Virus record (IMG/VR): IMGVR_UViG_3300034524_000079
Span: 1-56,853 of that record
Length of the DNA: 56,853 nt
Direction: 5' to 3' (one strand)
From: a virus
Lineage: Duplodnaviria; Caudoviricetes
Below the pieces are notes generated by a model. That model did no database searches and had not been told where the DNA came from. It saw only the letters and a program-made list of their open reading frames with translations. The number at the start of each line of letters is the position of its first letter. Within the stretch, counting starts at the first letter, position 1. A program made the translations under genes and the position numbers. Positions 47,376 through 56,726 of the stretch are shown here, piece after piece.

Positions 47376-48047
47376 CTAAGCATCTCTAAATTTAACCTTT
47401 GCCAATATCTCCTCTTTGAGAGCGGTAATTTTCTTTTCTTTTTCAGCAACATCGATTATTTCTTTTTCTGGCTCATAGAATGCGTATTCAGATTTAAGGT
47501 CAATATTTTTTAAAACAGAGTTCATTTTTTGGTCAGGGACAATCAAATTCACTGTTTCTAATTGGTCAGATACTACTTCGTATGTAAGAAAACAACAGTA
47601 TGGTTCATTATTTAAAAAAAGTCTATTCTTATGGTTAACGTCAAAGAATAAATTAATACTCTTAAAATCATTCTGAGCGCATTTCTTTAGGCGATGAAAA
47701 GATTTGTTGGGGAGTCCGTTGGGTTGTCGAGCACGACTAATGTTTATAATCACATTGCCTGATTTCAGAATACCGTTCTTGTAACCAAAATTATTAACTT
47801 TTTCCGCGTAGTAATAAAAAGGAAAGTTTGGGCTCACCATATCTGGCTCAAAGTGTCTGCATACAATATAGCTCAATAAATGCCCCTTTGTGTTTTTAAA
47901 AAATTCCGATTGGAACAAGGAATCATGTTCAAGTAAAAAGTCATTAAAAAAGTTAAAAGCGTCATTTATTACAGGATAAAGGCGTGCCCTTTTCCCAATA
48001 GGAAGTTCCTGATCAATAAGCTCGTCTGGAGTTTGGTATATCCTCAA
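47376..48047 (-). CDS. Hypothetical protein co-transcribed with the HTH-M78 gene
   Basis: AT-rich ORF 15 bp upstream of the HTH-M78 gene; AAAGGGG RBS. Confidence 0.7.
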   Translation of the reverse strand: MRIYQTPDELIDQELPIGKRARLYPVINDAFNFFNDFLLEHDSLFQSEFFKNTKGHLLSYIVCRHFEPDMVSPNFPFYYYAEKVNNFGYKNGILKSGNVIINISRARQPNGLPNKSFHRLKKCAQNDFKSINLFFDVNHKNRLFLNNEPYCCFLTYEVVSDQLETVNLIVPDQKMNSVLKNIDLKSEYAFYEPEKEIIDVAEKEKKITALKEEILAKVKFRDA

Positions 48048-48080
48048 ACAACATACCCCTTTTGCTTTAGTATTGGTTTC

Positions 48081-48150
48081 TCAAGTATTTTATAATTTGT
48101 TAGTTAATCTGTCAAGTAAATTTGATTTAAGTTTTAAATTTATCAAGTAA
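48081..48150 (-). promoter_or_regulatory. Sigma-A promoter with three TCAAGTA direct repeats at 31-bp spacing
   Basis: Minus strand TTGACA (48115-48110)-17 nt-TAAAAT (48092-48087); TCAAGTA at 48081, 48112 and 48143. Confidence 0.7.
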
Positions 48151-48277
48151 ACTAATGCCTTATAACCAAATGCCAGCTACTCAGGTTTTAAGATAAAGAT
48201 TAATTCGGGCATACTAAACTACTCACGAATTATCTTTCCTCCCTGCGGGGAGTTATTTTTTTGCACAAAGAAGCCAC

Positions 48278-48994
48278 CTAAAGGTGGCGGTAAATATCCT
48301 TACGGACCTGCTCCAGCGTCACAACCTTAAACCGAAGCTTCTCTTTGTTACACTTTTTTATCGTTTCGCTCACAACCTCTGGACGATCCGTGAGCACGAC
48401 CACCTTCGGGAACCGGTATTTCCCTTCTTCATTTTTCTTAGCCCACCATTGCTGGGTCCATGCTTTACTCAAAAAGTACGACGAGTATAACTTCACTTTA
48501 TCAAACTGGTTATTGCTATCGGCCCGGTCTACCTCCACAAAGTAAGGCTGTAGCACTTCCTTTGCCGTATTCTTCAGCACCAGCAACGCATCACTGACCA
48601 GCCTATTCTTCTCTCCCCACTCCTGAAAGTATTCGCGCACGAACGCCTGGATCTTAAACCAGCTTTTCCGCTGGGTGACCAGTGACACATAAACCCAGTT
48701 CACCAGCACCGCATGCTCCATCTTTTGATTACGCCTTCCAGTAAAGTATGCATACTGTTCATCCAGACCGGTCCTTGCCCGTTTCAGCTTCTTATCCTTA
48801 TATAATTTGGTTAACCTCTGCACTGCCTTCGCCGGTGTCTTGTGGTCAGCAAAAAACAATGCGTGAATCTGGTCCCGGGTGTAAGGTCCGGATTCAGAAA
48901 TCAGCTGCACGATTTTCTTATCCCGCTCCATGCCCAGGCGAACAAAGTCACGCGGGTCTGGTTTTACCTTCTCCTGCGCTATCACCATTTCCAT
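48278..48994 (-). CDS. Replication-relaxation family protein (wHTH plus PD-(D/E)XK-like)
   Basis: RD..I...I......TRDQI..LFF, H...V, SDAL, FVEVDR, K...Y and FPKV motifs. Confidence 0.75.
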   Translation of the reverse strand: MEMVIAQEKVKPDPRDFVRLGMERDKKIVQLISESGPYTRDQIHALFFADHKTPAKAVQRLTKLYKDKKLKRARTGLDEQYAYFTGRRNQKMEHAVLVNWVYVSLVTQRKSWFKIQAFVREYFQEWGEKNRLVSDALLVLKNTAKEVLQPYFVEVDRADSNNQFDKVKLYSSYFLSKAWTQQWWAKKNEEGKYRFPKVVVLTDRPEVVSETIKKCNKEKLRFKVVTLEQVRKDIYRHL

Positions 48995-49197
48995 CCCCTT
49001 TCTAAGTCCTCAAATATGGAGTAACAGGCCGGCTCTTTGCCCAAGTCCAAACTGCTGCACTGCGGATTTTTGCCCTGAATCAAATACCTTTCCTCTCTTA
49101 TCGCCTCCGACCGGTCATGCCTCACTTTATTGCCTAGGGACTGGCCCAGGTGCTTCGCCCCAAGTTTTGCCATCCGGTTTAAGATTCCCATAATCAA
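48982..49197 (-). CDS. Small hypothetical protein
   Basis: AGGAGG RBS; overlaps the next start. Confidence 0.5.
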   Translation of the reverse strand: MIMGILNRMAKLGAKHLGQSLGNKVRHDRSEAIREERYLIQGKNPQCSSLDLGKEPACYSIFEDLERGWKW

Positions 49198-49351
49198 CCT
49201 CCTAACTAGCGAATGAGATTTTTGCGCTGCGCTCTTACTTCTATCCCGTCATTTCCCTATAGTTTCGTTTCCCTCATCCTTATTATTACTCGCCTTAGGG
49301 TTCAAAAACGTATGCTGTTATAACGGGGTTTAAAACGTATCAACGAACGTA

Positions 49352-50485
49352 TTAAGGGCAAATCTCGATGTCCTCCGGGACGGGATCCGGCTCCCACGTG
49401 GACAACTCGGTGGCCGTGGCAGGGATTTTGGACAAGGTTTTCTGCACCCCTTCAGGTGCCTTCAAAAACATAGTCTGCACTTCCCGGGACTTGTTCCCAA
49501 ATCGGTATATTGCCCTCCCTGGAACCGTGGGCAAGTAAGCAGCCTGCGGACCATCCAGGATGATTTCACTATTTTTGCGGTCAGCCGTCCGGAAAGAAAT
49601 TCGCGCCGTAAATAAGGCCCTGGTATCCCCGTCGATGACCTTCGTGCTAGGCCTCTGGGTGGCGGCCACAATACTGATACCCAGGGCCCGGGCCAATCTA
49701 ACCAACCGGTCTAAAATATCCCAAGCCTTTTCATCCCGAAGCTCCGCAATTTCATCGATGACCACCACGATATACGGTAGCTGCTCCCCTTCCCAGTCCT
49801 GCACCTTCACCACTCTGTTTTCCAGGAGCTCCATTCTCCGATCCATTTCTTCCTCAACCTGCTTAAGCACCTGAAGCGCTCCCTGCTCAGTGTGAACGCA
49901 AGTGGCGTGATTCCGGTACCACGCAAACTCCAACCGCTTCAAGTCAATGATATACACCACCACATTAGCCCGGAGAAGGGTGCAAATAGCTTGGTGCAGC
50001 CAATTACTTTTGCCGGCACCGGAACCACCACCCAGGAGCAAGTGTGGGGCGTCGGCTAGGTCCAACATGATGAGCCCTTCCCGACCGTAACCCACCGGCA
50101 CCGGCTGGAGCATATTGTTGACCTCAACAAAATGGTATCGGTAAAAGTTTTTTATCTGCCCGGTGAACACCCGGAGAAGCAATGTACCGTGCCGCGGTTC
50201 AATCTCCACCTCACCTCCAAGTGACCAGGCGAGGGAATGTTTTTTGGCCCGGAAATGGAGATCCGAAAGGCCGTTTGGTAGGTGTAAGAGTAGGCTAAAA
50301 CCGTAACTTTCTTTTTGCTCCTGGAGCACTATAGGGTATAGTAGTTGCCCGGACTGCGCTTTGACATAAAGTTTGTGATTATGCCAGATGTCCCGAAGTC
50401 CATGCGCTGCGCCGGTGGTTTTTAGCTTCCGCTTTTCCTTTGCCCGCTTATCCATGTACTTTAAAACCTCCGCCAAGCTACTCAT
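49352..50485 (-). CDS. FtsK/SpoIIIE-family ATPase
   Basis: PHLLLGGGSGAGKS, IDLK, VVIDEIAEL, ATQRPS and PGRAI motifs; GAGGTG RBS before ATG 50485. Confidence 0.9.
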   Translation of the reverse strand: MSSLAEVLKYMDKRAKEKRKLKTTGAAHGLRDIWHNHKLYVKAQSGQLLYPIVLQEQKESYGFSLLLHLPNGLSDLHFRAKKHSLAWSLGGEVEIEPRHGTLLLRVFTGQIKNFYRYHFVEVNNMLQPVPVGYGREGLIMLDLADAPHLLLGGGSGAGKSNWLHQAICTLLRANVVVYIIDLKRLEFAWYRNHATCVHTEQGALQVLKQVEEEMDRRMELLENRVVKVQDWEGEQLPYIVVVIDEIAELRDEKAWDILDRLVRLARALGISIVAATQRPSTKVIDGDTRALFTARISFRTADRKNSEIILDGPQAAYLPTVPGRAIYRFGNKSREVQTMFLKAPEGVQKTLSKIPATATELSTWEPDPVPEDIEICP

Positions 50486-50741
50486 TGCCCAACACCTCAA
50501 ATAAACGTATTGCGTCACTGAGCTGGCCGAAATCGTACCCGTCAATCATAAACCCGTTAATAATCTTGAGCCCCTGGAAGAACGCGAGCAGGATAATAAT
50601 TACCATCACTGCGCTGGCCGCTCCGGTGAAAAGTTTATCCAGCTCACCTTTGCCGAACATATGCAGAAAGATGGATACTACCATGACGATTACAGCGATT
50701 AGGAAGGCAACAGTAAACAGGATCAGGCCCACCTTAAGCAT
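50478..50741 (-). CDS. Small two-helix membrane protein
   Basis: Two hydrophobic segments; overlaps the FtsK start. Confidence 0.6.
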   Translation of the reverse strand: MLKVGLILFTVAFLIAVIVMVVSIFLHMFGKGELDKLFTGAASAVMVIIILLAFFQGLKIINGFMIDGYDFGQLSDAIRLFEVLGNE

Positions 50742-51103
50742 CTCACCATATCCCCTTTCTTTTGCTGCAGAACCAGATTTTAAGGAAGAGAAGTATTGCC
50801 ACAAAAAGAAAAGCCAACTTCAAGTCACTTCACCACCTTCAAATGATTTTGCTTTCGCCTGGTTTTCTTGCGTGCTTTAGGTTTGCTTTCCCCCCAGGCC
50901 CAGGGCATCCGCAAAAGTGGGTCCCAGCGCTGGACGGCTTTCTCGTAGGCATAAAGGCCTAGGAAGATGAGTAGCAGCCGGCCAAAGAAAACGGTTTCCA
51001 TGGGGTACCTCCTTTCTGGTTGTAATGTTCTCTACAACGTTTGTTTATGGATATTGCAACATGCCTGTCCATGATTCCATGAAAAGAAAACCTGCAGAGT
51101 TAA

Positions 51104-51481
51104 TTACTCACTCTGCAGGTAAAATAGATCTTCTACGGCCATGTTGAGAGCATGTGATATAAGTAGTGCCATCTCAACGGATGGCTTATATTTGCCGCTA
51201 ATCAAATGGCTTATGTATACCCGTTCAATGCCAGTTTCCTTTGCAACTTCAGATTGCGTTTTGTTAGCTACGTGGAAGGCATTTTTTAAATCATTTCTCA
51301 ATATTACATTATTTCTGTGTAGAGGCTTGCAACTTCGCAAGTAAGGCTTTAGTCCGTTTCTAATAATCCGCTCCATGAAAATACTTTCTGTTATTTCTGG
51401 CTCTATTCTTTTAAGTTTTTTAAAAGCCGCTTCCAGCGTCTCTTTTAGCCCTGGTTGTAACTCCACCTTGGAAAAGTCCAT
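51104..51481 (-). CDS. XRE-family HTH regulator
   Basis: C-terminal TQSEVAKETGIERVYISHLISGKYKPS...VEDLF. Confidence 0.82.
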   Translation of the reverse strand: MDFSKVELQPGLKETLEAAFKKLKRIEPEITESIFMERIIRNGLKPYLRSCKPLHRNNVILRNDLKNAFHVANKTQSEVAKETGIERVYISHLISGKYKPSVEMALLISHALNMAVEDLFYLQSE

Positions 51482-51890
51482 CCGAACACCACCTTCGTAA
51501 TGTATTCATTACATGCTTTGTGGAAATACTACGTGGCGGAGGTGGGGAAAATGCTATCTTTAATTCGGGATATAAATAACAATCCTGATTACGACCGGGA
51601 TGACTATGATGTGAATAAACTTGTGCAGGCTTTGGCTCAAACAAACAATGATAGAAATAAGTAACCCGGACCTGAGCCGGGTTTTTCTTTAGTTGTTGCA
51701 ATTAGGGTAAGTAAGTGGGATAATTAGTCCGGCAGGAATGAAAAAGCTGGTGCCCTTGGTGCCCAAATTGGTGCCCATGGTGCCGAAAATGCGGGTAAAA
51801 ATGGTGAGTAGGGTAAAAACGGAAAATGGCGAAAATGCAGAAATGACGGGCTGTTTAAGGTTTCTGCGGGGTTAATAAAATTGCTTACCC

Positions 51891-51940
51891 TCAGCTTCCC
51901 AAGCTGAGGGCTGAGGGTTCGATCCCCTTCACCCGCTCCA
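51891..51940 (+). other. attP core: 3' part of tRNA-Gly(CCC)
   Basis: TCAGC-TTCCCAA-GCTGA anticodon arm, GAGGG-TTCGATC-CCCTT T-arm and CACCCGC-T-CCA end; adjacent to the integrase stop. Confidence 0.88.
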
Positions 51941-51948
51941 ATAAAATC

Positions 51949-51989
51949 AAGGCCTCCGAGGACCTACTTGATCCTCCGGAGGCCTTTTT
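51949..51989. terminator. Hairpin terminator after the tRNA fragment
   Basis: AAGGCCTCCG...CGGAGGCCTT followed by a T-run. Confidence 0.65.
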
Positions 51990-53259
51990 GGTGCCCATTT
52001 GGTGCCCGAGTGCCTTCATTTTCTTTCTTGGTGCCCATAACATCGTCAAGCCTGTTGATAGCCTGGCGCTTCAATTTGTCGGCTACGTGAGCATAAATAT
52101 CTGCTGTTGTACCATACTTGGAGTGACCTAAGAGTTCCTGGATTACTTTCATGTCCTCACCCAGCTCCAGGAGTCTGGATGCAAAGGTGTGCCTGAGAGC
52201 ATGTGGTGAGATGTGGTTAAGGTCGAGCTTGTCCCTTAACTGCTCAAATGAGCGGCTGAGATTTCGAGGCCATATATAAGTGCCGGCTCTGCTCGGGAAC
52301 ACCATAGAATCTTTTTGATATTTGTTCTTTTCCTGGAGGTGCTCTCTGTGTTTTAATAGAAATGTAACTACCATAGTTGGAAGTGGTATGGTCCGCCTGC
52401 TTTTTGCTGTTTTAGGCTCCCCGACAACAAGACCCTGGCCTTTAACAGCTACAACTGATCTTACGATTTGAATATATCTCTCATTTTTAAGGTTCTTTAT
52501 TTCTTGTTCAACAATTCTTACTTCTTCAATTGAAGCTTTATTTTTAGTGAGCTCCCAGAGCTCTTTTTCTTTTTCTAGTTGGGCAACATAAGCATCTATG
52601 GCAGGGTCTACATCCTCCCAGTGCAACCCGATTACTTCTTCCCGGCGCAGGCCGGTGCCCAGCATGGTAACGAAAGCGGCACCAAGTTTATGGTCAGCCA
52701 AAGCATTTAAAAGCTTGTCCTGTTCCTCCACTGTCATTATTCTTTTTTCTTTATATTTAAGCGGCGGTCTAGTGGTGGCTTCACAAGGGTTAAACTTAAT
52801 AATACGGTTTTTAATGGCCTGTTTAAATGCACCGTTAAAAAGCTGATGAACCTGGTGCACAGCTCTAGATGATTTTCCGTCTTCAATGAGTGAGTTGTAT
52901 AATCGTTGAAGATGCTCTGGTCGGAGTTTTTGAAGAGGAACGTTGCCTAAAGTAGGCCTAATAAAATGGTCAATGTAGTAAGCATAAAGCTCATACGTAC
53001 TTGGACGCAGAGTAGGTTTTTTATACTCCCTTAACCATTCTTCCATCCACTCAATCACGGTAATTTTGTCAATATCAACGTGGGTACCCTGTTCAAGTTC
53101 AGCAATGATTAGAGCCATGATATTTTTAGCTTCTGACTCCCGCCCGGTATGATACCGAACAATGCGCTTTCTTTTGCCGGTGACCGGGTCCTTGCCTGCC
53201 TCCACAACGATTTTCCATTTGTTTTTTGTGTTTTTTACTTTTCTAATGTGGCCGGCCAC
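51964..53259 (-). CDS. int: Tyrosine integrase
   Basis: Arm-binding N-terminus, [16 protein letters not shown] and LLGHS...TADIY motifs. Confidence 0.95.
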   Translation of the reverse strand: MAGHIRKVKNTKNKWKIVVEAGKDPVTGKRKRIVRYHTGRESEAKNIMALIIAELEQGTHVDIDKITVIEWMEEWLREYKKPTLRPSTYELYAYYIDHFIRPTLGNVPLQKLRPEHLQRLYNSLIEDGKSSRAVHQVHQLFNGAFKQAIKNRIIKFNPCEATTRPPLKYKEKRIMTVEEQDKLLNALADHKLGAAFVTMLGTGLRREEVIGLHWEDVDPAIDAYVAQLEKEKELWELTKNKASIEEVRIVEQEIKNLKNERYIQIVRSVVAVKGQGLVVGEPKTAKSRRTIPLPTMVVTFLLKHREHLQEKNKYQKDSMVFPSRAGTYIWPRNLSRSFEQLRDKLDLNHISPHALRHTFASRLLELGEDMKVIQELLGHSKYGTTADIYAHVADKLKRQAINRLDDVMGTKKENEGTRAPNGHQKGLRRIK

Positions 53260-53346
53260 AGGATCACTCCTTTATTCGATATTATATCTCTACAGTTTGT
53301 ATCAGTAAAAAAGAAAAATTTCCCGGCCGGGTGGCCGGGGATAGGG

Positions 53347-54084
53347 TTAATTATCATTTGCATCTTGTACGCCAAACATAATACCAATTTCTTTAGAACT
53401 GTTAACGAAGTATTTTTTTCCATTACACACGGTTTCGCTGTCTAAATTTAGTATATCTACATTATCCCCTACAATCTTCAGTTCTCTAAGAATATCCCCT
53501 CTTTTATTTGGACTTATTTCCGGGTTTACGGCCGCAATTAGGATACCCATAGAAGTAATAATATTTAGCCCTGATTGCGCAGTTCCATCACCTTGCCCTA
53601 AAATTGTAACGCTGCGGATGCTGCCATCCTGCTTATTAATCGAACCTATGAGCCCCAAATGACTGGTTAGCATATATTGAAATGTATCCTGAACTGATCC
53701 TTCATCAACATTTAAATCGGTGATGCGCAAATCTGAATCAAATTCGGTAGCGGCCTGATTGAAGCGGTCTTTGAATTCATCAGGTTTTAAGCCTATACTA
53801 AAAATCTTTTCCGTTTCATTTTTCGGTTTACTTTGGTTTAGATTGGCTTGATTAGCTGATACAGACTGCGTTTCGGATGGACTTTTGTTAGTGATATCTT
53901 TCTGGTTAGCATTTTCTTCTTCGCCTGCAAAAATTCCAATAACAGTCAGTAATACACAAAGATAAAAGATACTCGCAATTATTTTCTTCCACATTTTTCC
54001 CGACCTAAAGCCAGGAATTTTTGATTTATTTTTCTCTAATTTTTCTTCTTGGTTAACATCGTTATTTTGAGTTTCATCTGACAA
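53347..54084 (-). CDS. Membrane-anchored protein of the lysogeny module
   Basis: KIPGFRSG..WKKIIAS followed by a transmembrane helix; lies between int and immA. Confidence 0.7.
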   Translation of the reverse strand: MSDETQNNDVNQEEKLEKNKSKIPGFRSGKMWKKIIASIFYLCVLLTVIGIFAGEEENANQKDITNKSPSETQSVSANQANLNQSKPKNETEKIFSIGLKPDEFKDRFNQAATEFDSDLRITDLNVDEGSVQDTFQYMLTSHLGLIGSINKQDGSIRSVTILGQGDGTAQSGLNIITSMGILIAAVNPEISPNKRGDILRELKIVGDNVDILNLDSETVCNGKKYFVNSSKEIGIMFGVQDANDN

Positions 54085-54163
54085 GAAATCGACCTCCTTT
54101 AAACTGATTTGTTGATATATGTAAAATTACGTCGAAACCCCCTTAAAACACAAAAACCGCTAC

Positions 54164-54643
54164 CTAGTAGCGCTTTATTATGTCTCTCCATTTAAACGGG
54201 TGTTTTCTTCTCATAAACCCTATTTTTGTCCGCATAAACCAGTCTTCCACATCAAAGTGTTCTATCCATTCCCACAATTCATGCGGGCCGATCCTTGCAA
54301 AGTCCCAGAATGCCTCATCCGGAATAAGTATACTTGTACCCCACTGAAGGGCTAAGTGTTCATCTTTTGCTACTAATACCGCCAGGTTATCGCGGCTGCT
54401 TTGGGTTAAACTTCTAAACTTTGCGCCGTGGTATGCTACGTGCTGAGCTCTGGGTGGGTACAGACAATGTCCTATTTCTTCTAAAAGGATACATTTCTTC
54501 TGGCGGGGTAATTTGTCCAATTTGGGATCAAGATAAACATACGGCGGCTCGGCATAAGCAATAAACTCTGGATGAATCTTAGACAAATTTCGGTATCTAA
54601 TCTTTATATTCATTTGATCAGCTAAAAAATAAATATAATCCAA
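54164..54643 (-). CDS. ImmA/IrrE-family metallopeptidase (anti-repressor protease)
   Basis: KCILLEEIGH (ExxH variant) and E..A..W....LIP motifs; adjacent to the repressor. Confidence 0.8.
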   Translation of the reverse strand: MDYIYFLADQMNIKIRYRNLSKIHPEFIAYAEPPYVYLDPKLDKLPRQKKCILLEEIGHCLYPPRAQHVAYHGAKFRSLTQSSRDNLAVLVAKDEHLALQWGTSILIPDEAFWDFARIGPHELWEWIEHFDVEDWFMRTKIGFMRRKHPFKWRDIIKRY

Positions 54644-54700
54644 GTCTGGGCCCGCAAACTTTTTTATCTTACAAATGCCTAATATTATCAGCCTCCTTAC

Positions 54701-55414
54701 TTATTCTTTGTCTTCATCGTCTTCATCATCAAAATTTATTTGTCCTGGTATTTTAGGGCCATGAGCTGCCTTCCCAGGGTTTTGGGGGTATTCCGGTTTG
54801 CCATATATTTCAAACACGCGACGTGTAAGATACTTTCTTGCCTCTTCGGGCAATTGATGCTCATATACTATTTCTTGTACTTTTACCGTTGCTTCTGCCA
54901 CGTTGATTTCATTTCTGGGAATTAACTTTTCCCAATCTGGGTGGAAGTTATTATTGTCTTTAGATTGGGGGTTAGGGCTGTGCCCCGCTATGTTTTCACC
55001 TCCGTCATGAATTTGTGTTTGCTTCGGTGAATTTACAAACTTTTCTTTTGCTTTACGAATCAATTTTAATATATCTTCATCCGGAAGGTCAAGAGCTGTA
55101 TCAATTTCAGCGATCTTCTGTAGTGCCTTTTCGAAGTTTTCCTGGTGGAGCGGGGCATCGATGTCAATTTTGGTGGGGTTTTTAGAATTGCCGGGGTCAT
55201 CAGTGCGGCCTAAAAGGTAATCAGTAGATACATTGTACAAATCAGCAAGTGTTTTTAATGTTTCATAATCCGGCTCACTCACGCCGTTTTCGTACCCTGA
55301 CAAAGTTTTATTATTAATGTTGGTTAGCCTTTTTACTTGTACCTGAGTTAATCCTTTATTCTGCCTTGCCTTTTTTAGGCGCCTTCCGACCTTATTCAAT
55401 GAGATCACCACCAA
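54701..55414 (-). CDS. CI-like repressor (XRE HTH)
   Basis: RLKKARQNKGLTQ...TLSGYENG..EP...VSTDYLLGR; divergent from the cro-like gene. Confidence 0.88.
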   Translation of the reverse strand: MVVISLNKVGRRLKKARQNKGLTQVQVKRLTNINNKTLSGYENGVSEPDYETLKTLADLYNVSTDYLLGRTDDPGNSKNPTKIDIDAPLHQENFEKALQKIAEIDTALDLPDEDILKLIRKAKEKFVNSPKQTQIHDGGENIAGHSPNPQSKDNNNFHPDWEKLIPRNEINVAEATVKVQEIVYEHQLPEEARKYLTRRVFEIYGKPEYPQNPGKAAHGPKIPGQINFDDEDDEDKE

Positions 55415-55430
55415 TCATATTTTAACACCA

Positions 55431-55532
55431 TTCTTTGAATCACAGAATAAAAGTCTTAGAATTTTAGAAAATGCTCTTGACATCTTAAAAATTAAGATAT
55501 ATTATTAGTATGACAGTCTTAGAAATTAAGAC
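55431..55532. promoter_or_regulatory. Lysis/lysogeny switch: four 17-bp operators and the rightward sigma-A promoter
   Basis: TCTTA-N5-TAAGA-like palindromes at 55431, 55453, 55482 and 55516 (a fifth at 55750); TTGACA 55477-17 nt-TATTAT 55500. Confidence 0.82.
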
Positions 55533-55551
55533 CTGGGGAGGGTGGTGAACG

Positions 55552-55812
55552 GTGAAATTACATGAAAAATTAAGGCTTTATCGTTCTAGTCGTGGGATCA
55601 CCCAGACGTGGCTTGCGAATCAAATAGGCATACCTTTAAAAACATTGAACGGCATTGAACTTGGCAGGCAACGCTTAAGCGCTGATATGTTTGAGCTTAT
55701 TTGTCGCAAAGGTTTTGATGTTAATCCGGGTATTTTTTTTAAGGATGGGTTCTTAGAAACTAAGACAGACAATGATGTTTCCAGCTTTGTGCCCACCGGT
55801 ACCGAAGATTAA
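55552..55812 (+). CDS. Cro-like HTH regulator
   Basis: GITQTWLANQIGIP..TLNGIELG; first gene after the rightward promoter. Confidence 0.82.
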   Translation: MKLHEKLRLYRSSRGITQTWLANQIGIPLKTLNGIELGRQRLSADMFELICRKGFDVNPGIFFKDGFLETKTDNDVSSFVPTGTED

Positions 55813-55994
55813 TTCGTTTTCTCCGTAGGCCCTGGTGCATACAAAACCATGGTGCAGTATATGAATTCAGCGCCATCAGCAACAAACTTTGTTTCAAATA
55901 TGCGTTGCGGCTTTTCAATCTTTAACCACTCATTGAAGAGTTCTTGCAGTTCCTTATGGTCGTTGGATGCCAGAAACTCCGAACGATAATTCAT
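55809..55994 (-). CDS. Cse60/DUF2758-like small protein
   Basis: F....DHKELQELFNEWL....IFETKF......YCTMVLY pattern; GAGGGG RBS. Confidence 0.55.
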   Translation of the reverse strand: MNYRSEFLASNDHKELQELFNEWLKIEKPQRIFETKFVADGAEFIYCTMVLYAPGPTEKTN

Positions 55995-56078
55995 CTTTAC
56001 CCCTCTCAAACTTGAAAAGTTAATGCTTAATATACCCTAAACTTTTCGAAGTTAAGAAGGAAAAAGGAGGGATGCAAA

Positions 56079-56279
56079 ATACCACATTATGACGTAAAAA
56101 TATTCGCCGACAGCGATCACGAGGTGCTGGAAGTAAAAATCAGGGATTGGTTGCGCCGTGAGAAGCCAAAAAAAATCATTAATGTCCAAGATATGCCGAA
56201 CAGTGAACATCCATATTGCGTAATGTTTGTTTTCGAATCGGCAGCAAGGCCTCTACCTAAAGACAAGAAAGGCAGGTGA
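56079..56279 (+). CDS. Second Cse60/DUF2758-like small protein (non-canonical ATA start)
   Basis: Hand-translated IPHYDVKIFADSDHEVLEVKIRDWLRREKPKKIINVQ...YCVMFVFE; AAAGGAGG RBS. Confidence 0.5.
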   Translation: MPHYDVKIFADSDHEVLEVKIRDWLRREKPKKIINVQDMPNSEHPYCVMFVFESAARPLPKDKKGR

Positions 56280-56283
56280 TAAG

Positions 56284-56565
56284 ATGCCAGCAGCACTTAA
56301 AGAGCGTCTAGCTTATACAGTGGAGGAAACGGCAAACGCCCTGGGTGTGTCGGTAACAACTGTATACCGAATGGTGGAAAATGGTTCTCTCCCACATAAA
56401 CGTCTCCCTGGGAGAGGAACAGGAGAAAGAGGTCGCATTATTATTTTGGCTGATGCGCTCAGAAAATGGATATCCCAACCGGATGAACCACGGCAGATAA
56501 CAGTGCAAAAGAACGCGGAAAAAATTGCTAAGGATGCGGCAAGAAAACTAAGATCGGTAAGGTAG
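56284..56565 (+). CDS. Excisionase-like HTH_17 DNA-binding protein
   Basis: AYTVEETANALGVSVTTVYRMVENGSLP and I....LRKWI motifs. Confidence 0.8.
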   Translation: MPAALKERLAYTVEETANALGVSVTTVYRMVENGSLPHKRLPGRGTGERGRIIILADALRKWISQPDEPRQITVQKNAEKIAKDAARKLRSVR

Positions 56566-56726
56566 CGGCTAAACCCTCACAACCTTAATCACCGCAGCGG
56601 CCACCACATAAAATCATCCTTTCAGGAGGTGAAAGCGGATGCCGGAAGCACGACAGTTCACGGCAAAGGTTAGGTTCGATATGAGCGGCTTGATTGAGAC
56701 CCTGAAAGTTGCAAGGAAGGCCACGG

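Larger units (their letters stand above)
51748..52036. repeat. Integrase arm-type sites (TGGTGCCC repeats) flanking the attP core
   Basis: TGGTGCCC at 51748, 51757, 51769 (TGGTGCCG at 51778), and at 51989, 52000 and 52029. Confidence 0.75.
1..56726. mobile_element. Complete temperate phage genome (HK97-like head, contractile PBSX/Xkd-like tail), excised/circular form
   Basis: Lysogeny, replication, packaging, head, sheath/tube/baseplate and lysis modules are all present, with an intact attP, circular ends and no host housekeeping genes. Confidence 0.95.

Noticed and set aside
51866-51940. Complete functional tRNA-Gly gene
   Set aside because: The 5' part lacks a D-arm and full acceptor pairing; it is better explained as the attP core.
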